This document shows, piece by piece, positions 33,623 through 43,649 of a stretch of DNA of 64,000 nt; the stretch's first letter is position 1, and each line of letters begins with the position of its first letter. This stretch comes from Chloroflexota bacterium (GTDB taxonomy: Bacteria; Chloroflexota; Anaerolineae; Anaerolineales; UBA11858). The notes under the pieces are model-generated. The model had not been told where the DNA came from. It worked only from the letters and a program-made list of their open reading frames with translations, and ran no database searches. Made by a program: the position numbers and the translations under genes. Location of the stretch: NCBI GenBank assembly GCA_016865865.1, contig VGOC01000004.1, positions 17,388 through 81,387 on the forward strand, written 5' to 3'.

Positions 33623-34069
33623 TTATTCCTCCTTGAGTTTTTCGGACGATAATTGACACCCGGCGCAAACACCAAAAATCGAAATGTGCTGCAAGTCCGC
33701 TGTGAAGCCATATTCTGTGTCTAATTCTTCTCTGAGGGATTCCAACGCCTGGGGGTCAGCGTCAATCAGCCGATTGCAATAACGGCACACCAAATGAATG
33801 TGGGGGCCATGCTGCAAAGCTGCGTACACGATCCTGCATTCGCCCAGGTCGTTTCGGCAGGCCAGCCCCTCTTCCCAAAGCATGTCCAGCGTGCGGTAGA
33901 CCGTGGCAAGATTTGCAGCCGGTGTGTGTTTTCTCACCTCAGCGAAGACCTCCTCCGCGGAGATATGCTGCTCGCTATGAGCAATCGTCTGGATGATCAT
34001 CTCCCGTTGGAGAGTGATGCGGTAGCCTTTTTGGCGAAGATGTTCAGTGAGCGTCGAGCAGGGGGACAT
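33623..34069 (-). CDS. Fur-family metalloregulator (possibly Nur/Zur-like)
   Basis: 148 aa with a wHTH (VYRTLDML), HGPHIH, and two CxxC pairs (CRYC, CAGC). It immediately precedes the metal-uptake genes. Confidence 0.85.
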   Translation of the reverse strand: MSPCSTLTEHLRQKGYRITLQREMIIQTIAHSEQHISAEEVFAEVRKHTPAANLATVYRTLDMLWEEGLACRNDLGECRIVYAALQHGPHIHLVCRYCNRLIDADPQALESLREELDTEYGFTADLQHISIFGVCAGCQLSSEKLKEE

Positions 34070-34070
34070 A

Positions 34071-34108
34071 AATCTTCCTTATTGCAAGTATTTGCAATAA
34101 GGAAGATT
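34071..34108. promoter_or_regulatory. Perfect 17+17 nt palindromic operator (TTGCAA-N4-TTGCAA core)
   Basis: AATCTTCCTTATTGCAA-GTAT-TTGCAATAAGGAAGATT. It overlaps the -10 element, the predicted transcription start and the Shine-Dalgarno sequence of the fur-family gene. Confidence 0.7.
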
Positions 34109-34133
34109 ATAAATTAGAGACCAGAAATGTCAA
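34106..34133 (-). promoter_or_regulatory. Consensus sigma70 promoter of the fur/cbi/znu block
   Basis: The minus strand reads TTGACA-16 nt-TATAAT. Confidence 0.65.
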
Positions 34134-34143
34134 TGGAGGTCTT

Positions 34144-34902
34144 TCAAGGAGTGGGAGTAGGCTCGACGCCTCCGGTTTCCTCGCCCCCTTCGGTCGTTGG
34201 CACTGGGGTCACCAGGTTGACTCGAACGATCAATATTTGACCAATAAAAAGCGAGTTGGGATCTTCTTCCAGATATTCGTTTCGTCTGATGATGTCCTCG
34301 ACGGTGCTGTTGAATTTTAGGGCAATGGCGCCCAGTGAGTCTCCAGGCTGGACCGTGTACTCGATTGGCGTACCAGGAGGCAAGTCTGGCGGCACCAAAG
34401 TTGGCGTCGGCAACTGCGTCCCCGGTGGGGGGATCAATATCTCATCGCCCACTTTGATGATCGGGTTGACCGGATCAAGCCCCATACGTTCGCGGTTGGT
34501 CTCGATCAAAACCAGAATATCCATCTCGAACTTTTCGGCGATCGAGTACAGATTATCACCTTCTTCGACCACATAGATCACAGGCCCTGTGCGCGTAGGA
34601 GTGGGGCTGGACTCGGGTGTGTCTGTAGGAGGCGCCGGAGTGGCAGTCAGAGTTACAGTGGGTGAGGGTGGGATCGGCGTTGGCGTGAATGTGATAGTGG
34701 GCGTTGGCGTCTTGGATGCAAATATTGCTGCGAGATTGATCTGCGGCGTCTCCGCGCCAGTCAGCCAGAAAATGAGCATGCCGGCTCCGGCGATCAAAAA
34801 GATGCTTGCCAGCGAGAGAATCAACTTGGGGGTTCTCTGCGAGCGCCGCTGACGCCTGCGATACGCCTCGATAACTTCTTGGGGAGATTCTGGTTTGGCC
34901 AT
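34144..34902 (-). CDS. Membrane-anchored protein with two LysM domains and a Pro/Thr-rich linker
   Basis: One TM helix, a PT-rich region, and two LysM motifs (VVEEGDNLYSIAEKF, VQPGDSLGAIALKF). Confidence 0.75.
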   Translation of the reverse strand: MAKPESPQEVIEAYRRRQRRSQRTPKLILSLASIFLIAGAGMLIFWLTGAETPQINLAAIFASKTPTPTITFTPTPIPPSPTVTLTATPAPPTDTPESSPTPTRTGPVIYVVEEGDNLYSIAEKFEMDILVLIETNRERMGLDPVNPIIKVGDEILIPPPGTQLPTPTLVPPDLPPGTPIEYTVQPGDSLGAIALKFNSTVEDIIRRNEYLEEDPNSLFIGQILIVRVNLVTPVPTTEGGEETGGVEPTPTP

Positions 34903-34965
34903 AATAGTCGCCTCGGTTGCAATACCTTCGGGTTCGATTCTACTCTATTTCCGATTGGCAGTGGT

Positions 34966-35503
34966 CTATTCTCGCTCACCCAACAACAATCTCAATAACT
35001 CGCGTTGTTTTTCGAGAAGTTGTCGTTATTCTTCCATGATTGCAGATAATTGCGTGTTTAATTGCTCTAGCAACTGAACCATTTCGCGATAACGAGTCAG
35101 CAAGAGGATTTCTTCGGTATGTTGTCGTTCCCGTAAACGATATGCGACAAGCGGCGGACGATTCATTCAAGCGAAGGCGTTTCAGTGTGAAAGCACCTAT
35201 GACCGTCTAAGGATGTAGTGTGCCATCATCCAATGGGAGGAAATGTTGCGCGGCAGGTTCGCGACGAGGATTCCAAAGCGATGGTTCATCGTGATGGCTC
35301 GACCAATAATCGAGTTTATATTGATTGCACCGATGGCAACGGTAGAGCAAGTTCTCAGGCCCATCATCGCCCCCTTTGGTAATGGGTCGAAAGTGGTCTA
35401 TGGTCAATTCACCACCCGCGTCTGTTTCTGTGACACCGCAAAACTCGCAGGCGTAGTTTGCACGCTGTCGAACCCACTCACGGGTTTCAGCAGTAATGGT
35501 CAT
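34966..35503 (-). pseudogene. HNH endonuclease gene, apparently disrupted (in-frame TAG, 4 bp duplication frameshift, in-frame TAA)
   Basis: The intact N-terminal 98 aa carry the HNH motif (CEFCG...DHFRPITKGGDDGPENLLYRCHRCNQYK). The frame continues past the TAG at 35207-35209 as TVIGAFTLKRLRLN. It then shifts at the tandem GAATGAAT (about 35160-35167) into RPPLVAYRLRERQHTEEILLL...AIMEE. A TAA at 35026-35028 follows, and then RQLLEKQRELLRLLLGERE. Confidence 0.55.
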
Positions 35504-35847
35504 GCAGGTTGCGCTCCAAGTTGTTGCACAAGTTGATGGCGCAATGCGGCGATTTCACGTCGCAACGTCTCATTTTCGGAAGCAACCTCTTGGATGCGTT
35601 TTGTAACTGTCATCAGTTGCTTTAAGGCCGCGTCAACCTGAGATTGGAGGGAAACCACCCTTTTCTCGCTAGTGGTCAATTCGAGCAATTTGCTCTCGGC
35701 AGTATCTTGAGTAGCATACCAGTCTAGCAATCGCTTTTGTTCTTCTGCCGAAAGCGCCTCACCACGCGATGCCCTATCATGTAATTTCTTGGCTGTGTCG
35801 TTGGAAATCACTTTGCACTCCTTTCCATCGTTTATGTTAGCCAACAT
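35500..35847 (-). CDS. Hypothetical coiled-coil protein coupled to the HNH gene
   Basis: 115 aa with a heptad-rich C-terminal half. It has a 4 bp overlap with the HNH start. No recognisable domain. Confidence 0.5.
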   Translation of the reverse strand: MLANINDGKECKVISNDTAKKLHDRASRGEALSAEEQKRLLDWYATQDTAESKLLELTTSEKRVVSLQSQVDAALKQLMTVTKRIQEVASENETLRREIAALRHQLVQQLGAQPA

Positions 35848-35972
35848 TCTACTACTGTCTCACAGTGGGTGTCAAAGACATGTCATGGACGAATCGCTGA
35901 AGCACTTAAGGCATTTCTTCTTGCTTGTGCAATTGGGAAGCCGCACAGAATGCGCAACGCAATGTCGCCACA

Positions 35973-37214
35973 CTAGCGCATCACACCCAAAGAATCCCAA
36001 ACAGCCCAATCCTGATCGGCTGGGCCATTGGCAAGAACGACCAGGTAGAACCTGACCGACTTCCCCTTCAAGGCGCTCAGGTTGACTTCGATCTTCTTCA
36101 ATGCGCCGTCACAGGTTTCGCTCCAGGAACCCAGTTGGGTTAACGTCCCCATATCGTTTCCTACGGTATAGTAAATGCGGAAAACCGCATCCCCGACGCC
36201 GCATGAACCATCGCTCTTGGCAATGAAGCCCAGTTTTCCTTTTATGTAATCTCCATTGCCAACGGTGTAGGCAGGATAGCGTCCGATGATGTAACCATCA
36301 TTTACCCATTTGGGATGCGTCTCTAGAATCTTGCCTGTCATTTTGCCATCTTCTAGTTTTTGACCATCTTTCACCATGGCAAAGCCATTGGCATCCGTGT
36401 CGGGGCCGCCGTAAGCGATATCGGTATCCCCGGGGTTATCGAAATCCAGGGGGGTTGTGCCAGCACCCCAGTCCGCGTTCTTCGCCTGGGAGATAAAATC
36501 GAACATCACCCCAGAGAGTTCCACAACCTCGATCTCAGCCCAGAATGACTTCGACTGATCTCCCCATCCGAATAACACGCCGCTGGCATTGCGCAGCTTG
36601 AAATAGCCCCGGTAAACTCCCGGATCGTTGGGGGCAACCAGGTTGACAGCGACATCTATTTCAGCCCCTGGCGGCACACTGCCGCCGGTCACCTGGACGG
36701 CAGCCGGCGCGCCCATATTGTCGCCAGAGACGAACACCAAATGATAACCTGAAGTCCAGGTGCAGGAACCGCCATTCTTCAAGCGCCAGATCTTGGTGAA
36801 GGCCTGGCCGGGATTCATATCCGTGCCGTCGGGGACGGTTACATCAACAGGATCGCCAAAATCCACATGATCGCAGGGGATCGGGGTGTGGGTCGGCGTT
36901 GGGAGGGGTGTGTTGGTTGGGGGGACAGGGGTCGAGGTGGGAGGAACTGGGGTAAGGCTGGGCTGTACCTGAAGCTGCGTCTGCCCCTGCTGTGTGGGCT
37001 GTTGCGCTTGCAAGCCGGCGGCAGATAGGGTCATCTGAGCGGCCACCGTCTGAGCGGCAATCGTGTGGATCATCCCCGCTGGCTCCTGTGTAGATACTGC
37101 TTTCCCTGGCAGATTGCATCCGCTGAAAAGCATCAGGAGAAGCGCTACGCCAGGCGCAAGGGATAATGGGGATTTTTTGAGCTGGATCATGGCTTTCTCT
37201 CTCCTCATGGACAA
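35973..37214 (-). CDS. Secreted lipoprotein with an NBR1-like Ig-fold domain and a C-terminal domain of unknown function
   Basis: Lipobox LFSGC and a Pro/Thr linker. GQAFTKIWRLKNGGSCTW...YRGYFKLRN matches the NBR1-like pattern. Confidence 0.55.
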   Translation of the reverse strand: MSMRREKAMIQLKKSPLSLAPGVALLLMLFSGCNLPGKAVSTQEPAGMIHTIAAQTVAAQMTLSAAGLQAQQPTQQGQTQLQVQPSLTPVPPTSTPVPPTNTPLPTPTHTPIPCDHVDFGDPVDVTVPDGTDMNPGQAFTKIWRLKNGGSCTWTSGYHLVFVSGDNMGAPAAVQVTGGSVPPGAEIDVAVNLVAPNDPGVYRGYFKLRNASGVLFGWGDQSKSFWAEIEVVELSGVMFDFISQAKNADWGAGTTPLDFDNPGDTDIAYGGPDTDANGFAMVKDGQKLEDGKMTGKILETHPKWVNDGYIIGRYPAYTVGNGDYIKGKLGFIAKSDGSCGVGDAVFRIYYTVGNDMGTLTQLGSWSETCDGALKKIEVNLSALKGKSVRFYLVVLANGPADQDWAVWDSLGVMR

Positions 37215-37298
37215 ACTGCGATACAGAAGTGCTCTCTGAATAACAGTTTACAACGAGTCTCCTGAGATTGCAACAAACGACAAGTGGGCGCGGCGGAT

Positions 37299-38717
<1,419 letters not shown>

Positions 38718-38765
38718 GTCCGATATTATAACATTCGGTTATCCAACCGAGAAGTTGGATCATCT

Positions 38766-38823
38766 TCAGTGCTTCACGAAAACAGGATCAAAAAACCGTC
38801 ATCGGGTCGCCCGGGACGGGTTT
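38766..38823. repeat. Family B repeat, truncated copy (left arm plus core)
   Basis: TCAGTGCTTCACGAAAACAGGATCAAAAAACCGTCATCGGGTCGCCCGGGACGGG. The right arm is absent. Confidence 0.6.
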
Positions 38824-38841
38824 AATGTATAATTACCTCTA

Positions 38842-39258
38842 ATGGCTGGTCCTGAATACGATCAAAATTCCCTAGACGAGCTATGCCGCCAATTCGATCT
38901 AATCCTGGTTATCGCCTACGGCTCGCAAATAACTGGTCACGCCAGTTCACATAGTGACACAGACATCGGTATATTGCAACGATCAGGAGTGCTCCCCATA
39001 AAGCAATATCTAGACCTCTGCTATCACTTGTCCCAAATTATTCAGCCCAGCAACATTGACTTGGTAGATTTTCGCCGCGTTCCAGGCTTGCTCAGACACC
39101 TGGCCTGTGAAAAGGGTAAGGTGCTGTTCGAGAGTGCGCCAGGGATTTACGCCAACTTCCGCTTGTACGCCTGGAATTTATACCAGGATGAATGTACTGC
39201 TATTCGCCGGCATGATCGTGAAGCGATCCAAACTGCGTTAAGGAGTTTTTCCCCATGA
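38842..39258 (+). CDS. mntA: MntA-type nucleotidyltransferase antitoxin
   Basis: Carries the minimal nucleotidyltransferase motif YGSQITGHASSHSDTDIGIL. It overlaps the downstream HEPN gene by 4 bp. Confidence 0.75.
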   Translation: MAGPEYDQNSLDELCRQFDLILVIAYGSQITGHASSHSDTDIGILQRSGVLPIKQYLDLCYHLSQIIQPSNIDLVDFRRVPGLLRHLACEKGKVLFESAPGIYANFRLYAWNLYQDECTAIRRHDREAIQTALRSFSP

Positions 39259-39719
39259 TGAGTCCCGCAGATCAAGACGTAATTCGCCGCAAACTTGACC
39301 GCATTATTAAGTGCTTGCAGCGTATTCGAGAAGCCCAGCGTAAAACCCTGGACGATTACCTTTCCGATCAGGATTTGCAATTCATCATGGAGCGCCAATT
39401 GGAGCTAATCATCGGCGCTGCAGTAGATGCCAACGTGCATATTCTGGCTCAATCCGGTTTTGGAACCCCTGCAGACGCCTATACATCTTTTTTTGAACTT
39501 GCCCGTCATACCGAGGCAATTCCTATGGATCTGGCATCTCAGATGGCTCCGGCCACTGGCTTGCGCAACCGCCTGGCGCACGATTATGAAGAGATAGATC
39601 ATAAGCTTGTCCATAGAGGGCTTGGTGAGGCGCTGGCGTTGTTTCCGAAATATATCGAAGCCGTCGAAAAGTATCTATCCAGTTTGCCCGCTCAAGAATC
39701 GTTCTTATCCCAGGAGTAA
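39255..39719 (+). CDS. hepT: HepT-type HEPN/DUF86 RNase toxin
   Basis: Carries the Rx4H motif in [14 protein letters not shown] near the C-terminus. The size is typical of DUF86. Confidence 0.8.
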   Translation: MMSPADQDVIRRKLDRIIKCLQRIREAQRKTLDDYLSDQDLQFIMERQLELIIGAAVDANVHILAQSGFGTPADAYTSFFELARHTEAIPMDLASQMAPATGLRNRLAHDYEEIDHKLVHRGLGEALALFPKYIEAVEKYLSSLPAQESFLSQE

Positions 39720-39723
39720 CCGT

Positions 39724-41403
39724 ATGTACGACCCCCAGGAATTAGAAAAGCTTCGTCAGAAGATCACACAGTGGGAGCAGAAAACCCTCCACCCCACGCT
39801 GGAACGCAACCCGGAACGCCAGGAGAGGTTCGCCACCACCTCCTCTGAACCGATCGAGCGTCTGTACACCCCATTAGATGTAACTGGAGATGGCTACGCC
39901 GAGAAACTGGGTATGCCCGGCGAATATCCCTACACCCGCGGTGTTCACGCCACCATGCACCGCGGCCGCCTGTGGACCATGCGCATGTTCGCCGGTTTCG
40001 GCGCCGCAGAGGAGACCAACCGGCGCTTCAAGTATCTGCTCGACCAGGGCCAGACTGGTCTTTCCATCGCTTTTGACCTGCCCACCCTGATGGGCCTGGA
40101 CAGCGACGACCCCGAGGCCTTGGGCGAGTTCGGCAAGTGCGGCGTGGCTGTTTGCTCGCTCAAGGATATGGAAGTGTTGACCGCTGGCCTCCCCCTGGAC
40201 AGAGTCTCCACCAGCATGACCATCAACTCCCCGGCAGCCATCATCTGGGCCATGTATATCGCAGCCGCCGAGAAGCAAGGGGCGCGCCACGACCAACTGC
40301 GCGGCACCATCCAGAACGACATTCTCAAAGAGTATATCGCTCAGAAAGAGTATATCTTCCCGCCAGAACCCTCCATGCGTCTGGTGACCGATACCATCGA
40401 GTTTGGCGCCAGCGATCTGCCCCAATGGAACACCATCAGCATCTCCGGCTACCATATCCGTGAGGCGGGTTCTACCGCAGCCCAGGAGCTGGCCTTCACC
40501 CTCTCCGACGGCATGGAATATGCCCGGTGGGCCATCGCGCGCGGCCTGGACGTGGACGCCTTCGCCCCGCGCCTATCCTTCTTCTTCAATGCCCATAACG
40601 ACTTCTTCGAAGAGATCGCCAAATACCGGGCAGCGCGGCGCATCTGGGCGCGAGAGATTCGGGAAACTTTTGGCGCAAAAGACCCCCGCTCATGGTTGAT
40701 GCGCTTCCACACCCAGACCGCGGGAGCCTCCTTGACTGCGCAGCAGCCTGAGAACAATATCGTGCGCGTGGCTATCCAGGCCCTGGCTGCCGTGTTAGGC
40801 GGCACCCAGTCTTTGCACACCAACAGCATGGACGAAGCCCTGGCGCTGCCCTCCGAGCACGCCGCCACGATCGCCTTGCGCACGCAGCAGATCATCGCCG
40901 AAGAATCGGGAGTGACCAACACCATTGATCCGCTGGGCGGTTCCTTCTTCGTCGAAGCGCAGACGGATCGCATCGAGGCTCAGGCCTATCATTATTTCCG
41001 GCGCATCGCAGAACTGGGCGGCGTGCTGCCCGCCATCGAAAAGGGCTTCTTCCAGGGCGAAATCGCCGACGCCGCCTATCGCTACCAGCGCGAGATAGAC
41101 CTCGATGAGCGCAAGATCGTGGGGATCAACGCCAATGCCGAGGATAAACCCCTCACGATTCCCCTCCTGGAAATGGACCCGCAGGGCTATCAGCACCAGG
41201 TCAATCGCTTGACGAAACTGCGCGCCGAACGCGACAATGGCCGCGTCGGGCAAACCCTGGATCGCCTGCGCATCGCCTGCCAGGGTACAGAAAATACCAT
41301 GCCGCACATCCTGGAAGCCGTGCGCGCCTATGCCACCCTGGGAGAAATCGTGAGGGTGATGAAAGAAGTCTTCGGCGCCTATCAGGAACCAACCTGGATA
41401 TAA
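39724..41403 (+). CDS. Methylmalonyl-CoA mutase-family large (catalytic TIM-barrel) subunit
   Basis: 559 aa from the ATG at 39724. Carries [26 protein letters not shown] and the MCM barrel throughout. No B12-binding domain is present. Confidence 0.9.
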   Translation: MYDPQELEKLRQKITQWEQKTLHPTLERNPERQERFATTSSEPIERLYTPLDVTGDGYAEKLGMPGEYPYTRGVHATMHRGRLWTMRMFAGFGAAEETNRRFKYLLDQGQTGLSIAFDLPTLMGLDSDDPEALGEFGKCGVAVCSLKDMEVLTAGLPLDRVSTSMTINSPAAIIWAMYIAAAEKQGARHDQLRGTIQNDILKEYIAQKEYIFPPEPSMRLVTDTIEFGASDLPQWNTISISGYHIREAGSTAAQELAFTLSDGMEYARWAIARGLDVDAFAPRLSFFFNAHNDFFEEIAKYRAARRIWAREIRETFGAKDPRSWLMRFHTQTAGASLTAQQPENNIVRVAIQALAAVLGGTQSLHTNSMDEALALPSEHAATIALRTQQIIAEESGVTNTIDPLGGSFFVEAQTDRIEAQAYHYFRRIAELGGVLPAIEKGFFQGEIADAAYRYQREIDLDERKIVGINANAEDKPLTIPLLEMDPQGYQHQVNRLTKLRAERDNGRVGQTLDRLRIACQGTENTMPHILEAVRAYATLGEIVRVMKEVFGAYQEPTWI

Positions 41404-41468
41404 CCCCGGATAGCATCCATGAAGGCCACGAATATTACAGCGCAAGGTCGGCTGTATATGCATAAAAA

Positions 41469-41507
41469 CCGATCGAAAGCCCGTCTTCGGGCGCCCCGGG
41501 GACGGGG
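41469..41507. repeat. Family B repeat, core fragment
   Basis: CCGATCGAAAGCCCGTCTTCGGGCGCCCCGGGGACGGGG lies after the mutase stop codon. Confidence 0.5.
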
Positions 41508-41600
41508 CTGGAGATCAATGTTTGGGAACATTGCGCTGTAATACTAAGAACAGGAATAATCCTTCGTGTTACTCCATGGATAGCTTTTTAATGACACTCA

Positions 41601-42812
41601 TTGAAAAAATCCCACATAACCTCTTTCACCCATCAGATCAGCCAGGATTTCCAGGCCATCGAACGCCCGCTGCGGGCGCAGATCCTGATCTTCACCTTCA
41701 TCCGCCTGATCTTCAACACCCTCTTCCGCATGGTCTACCCTTTCCTTTCGGTTTTCAGCCGAGGCATGGGCGTAGATATCGCGGCTCTGTCATTGGCCCT
41801 GACCAATCGCGCTTTGGCGGGTATGCTGGGGCCGTTTCTGGCCGCCATCGTCAATCGCCGTGGACGAAAGGCGGGGATGCTCTTTGGAGTCAGTACGTTC
41901 ATCTTCGGGGTGATCATCATGATCATCTGGCCCTCCTTTCCAGCCTTCGTCATCATGCTGATTCTCACCACCCTGGGGAAATATGGCTTCGACCCCTCTA
42001 TGCAGGCCTACGTGGGAGACCGCGTCCCCTACCAGCGGCGCGGCCTGGCAATCTCGATGACCGAACTGGGCTGGTCGCTGAGCTTCTTTATTGGGATTCC
42101 TTTGATCAGCTTTCTGATTGCCCGGAAGGGATGGACATCGCCTTTCCTGATTCTAGCGCTCCTCGGGTGCGTGGCTGGGGTTGCGCTGATCTGCCTGATC
42201 GAGCGCGACACTGTCCCCGAGGAGAATCAAACCAACCTCCTGCTCAACATCCGAGATGTGCTCACCTATCCTCCTGCTTTAGCGGGACTGTCCTTGGGGT
42301 TATCAGCTACCACCGCCAATGAAGTCATCAACTTGATCTTTGGCGTTTGGCTGGAAGACTCTTTTGGGCTGTTGATCATCGCTCTGGGGGGCACCGCCGC
42401 AGTGATCGGCCTGGCTGAACTGGCTGGGGAGACCCTGACTGGCGGATTGGTAGATCGAATGGGAAAAGTGCGTGCAGTGGGAATGGGTTTGATCGGCAAC
42501 TGTCTTGCCGTGCTGATATTTCCTCTAGCCGGTAGCAACACCGCGGGGGCGCTGGTTGGTCTATTCTTGTTTTTCATCACCTTCGAGTTTTCCATGGTCA
42601 GCAGCATCCCGATGATGACTGAGATCAAGCCCGACGCCCGCGCCACGCTGATGGCCTTCAACGTGGCCAGCTTTTCACTCGGACGCGCCATCGGCGCGTT
42701 GATCGGGCCTTCGCTCTACGCCCTGGGCATCGGAGGCAGCGCCATGGGAGCGGTCTTCTTCAATCTCCTGGCTCTCCTTGCCCTGCAGAGGATCCGTAAA
42801 GCCATTCGATAG
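41601..42812 (+). CDS. MFS transporter
   Basis: 403 aa with about 12 predicted TM segments and an MFS loop motif (NRRGRK). The likely start is TTG, because the first TM segment precedes the first ATG. Confidence 0.75.
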   Translation: MKKSHITSFTHQISQDFQAIERPLRAQILIFTFIRLIFNTLFRMVYPFLSVFSRGMGVDIAALSLALTNRALAGMLGPFLAAIVNRRGRKAGMLFGVSTFIFGVIIMIIWPSFPAFVIMLILTTLGKYGFDPSMQAYVGDRVPYQRRGLAISMTELGWSLSFFIGIPLISFLIARKGWTSPFLILALLGCVAGVALICLIERDTVPEENQTNLLLNIRDVLTYPPALAGLSLGLSATTANEVINLIFGVWLEDSFGLLIIALGGTAAVIGLAELAGETLTGGLVDRMGKVRAVGMGLIGNCLAVLIFPLAGSNTAGALVGLFLFFITFEFSMVSSIPMMTEIKPDARATLMAFNVASFSLGRAIGALIGPSLYALGIGGSAMGAVFFNLLALLALQRIRKAIR

Positions 42813-42863
42813 AAGTACTAACGTCCTCTTATATGCGGCGACCGATTCCTGTATAATTTCCCC

Positions 42864-43643
42864 ATGAGATCCCGCCTCTTTTCGAGCCTCGCCTGTTGCT
42901 TGATGCTGCTTGGTTTAGCGATCCCGGTTCTGGCCGCGCCACCGCTCCAGCCAACCGCTTTCCCCACTCCTACCCCCGGGCCAGACGGGCGCATCATTTA
43001 TATCGTCCAACCGGGAGATACACTCTGGCGCATTGCCGCCATGGCAAATATCTCTATAGATCAACTACGGGCGTTGAATAATCTCACTGCCAGCGACGTG
43101 ATTGCCCCAGGAGACGAGATCTTCCTCGGTCTGGGAGGGCCAGCCACCGCTATTCCTCCCGAACAGCCAACCGCCACGCCGGCGCCATCAGGGCCAACGC
43201 CCACCACGGAGATCGGTTATGGCGTCATCTGTGTGATTCTGTACAATGATGCCAATGGCGACGCCATCCGACAGGAGGAAGAGAGCTTTATTCCCGCCGG
43301 AAGGATCAGCATTGCCCATGCCGACGGTTCGATGTCGGTCACCGAGGACACATTGACTGGCCTGGATCACTTATGCACCGAGAATCTCGAAGAAGGTGAG
43401 TACAACATCAGCGTTGGCATCCCCGATGGATATAACTCCACCACGGCCATCAGCGCCAGCATCGTTCTAAATGGGGGGGATGAGATCTATCTGGATTTTG
43501 GCGCCCAGCCCAACTCGGAGACTCTGGCCGAAGCCCCCGCGCCTGTTGGGACTGGCAGGTCTCCTTTGCTTGGAATCATCGGCGGATTTGTTTTGTTAGT
43601 TGGAATCGGGTTGGGGGTGTACGCGGCAGTGATGAGAAAGTAA
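42864..43643 (+). CDS. Secreted LysM-domain protein with a C-terminal membrane anchor
   Basis: Signal peptide, LysM motif (VQPGDTLWRIAAMANISIDQLRALNNL), a PT linker and a C-terminal TM helix. Confidence 0.75.
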   Translation: MRSRLFSSLACCLMLLGLAIPVLAAPPLQPTAFPTPTPGPDGRIIYIVQPGDTLWRIAAMANISIDQLRALNNLTASDVIAPGDEIFLGLGGPATAIPPEQPTATPAPSGPTPTTEIGYGVICVILYNDANGDAIRQEEESFIPAGRISIAHADGSMSVTEDTLTGLDHLCTENLEEGEYNISVGIPDGYNSTTAISASIVLNGGDEIYLDFGAQPNSETLAEAPAPVGTGRSPLLGIIGGFVLLVGIGLGVYAAVMRK

Positions 43644-43649
43644 CCAATT

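Noticed and set aside
35026-35166. Independent 46 aa leucine-zipper-like small ORF with a possible TAA read-through
   Set aside because: It is more simply explained as the displaced C-terminal part of the disrupted HNH endonuclease gene. The frame is restored by removing one unit of the GAATGAAT duplication.
41522-42322. 266 aa plus-strand ORF in an alternative frame to the MFS transporter
   Set aside because: It is Pro/Arg/His-rich with no TM or domain pattern. The 41601-42812 frame encodes about 12 hydrophobic helices.
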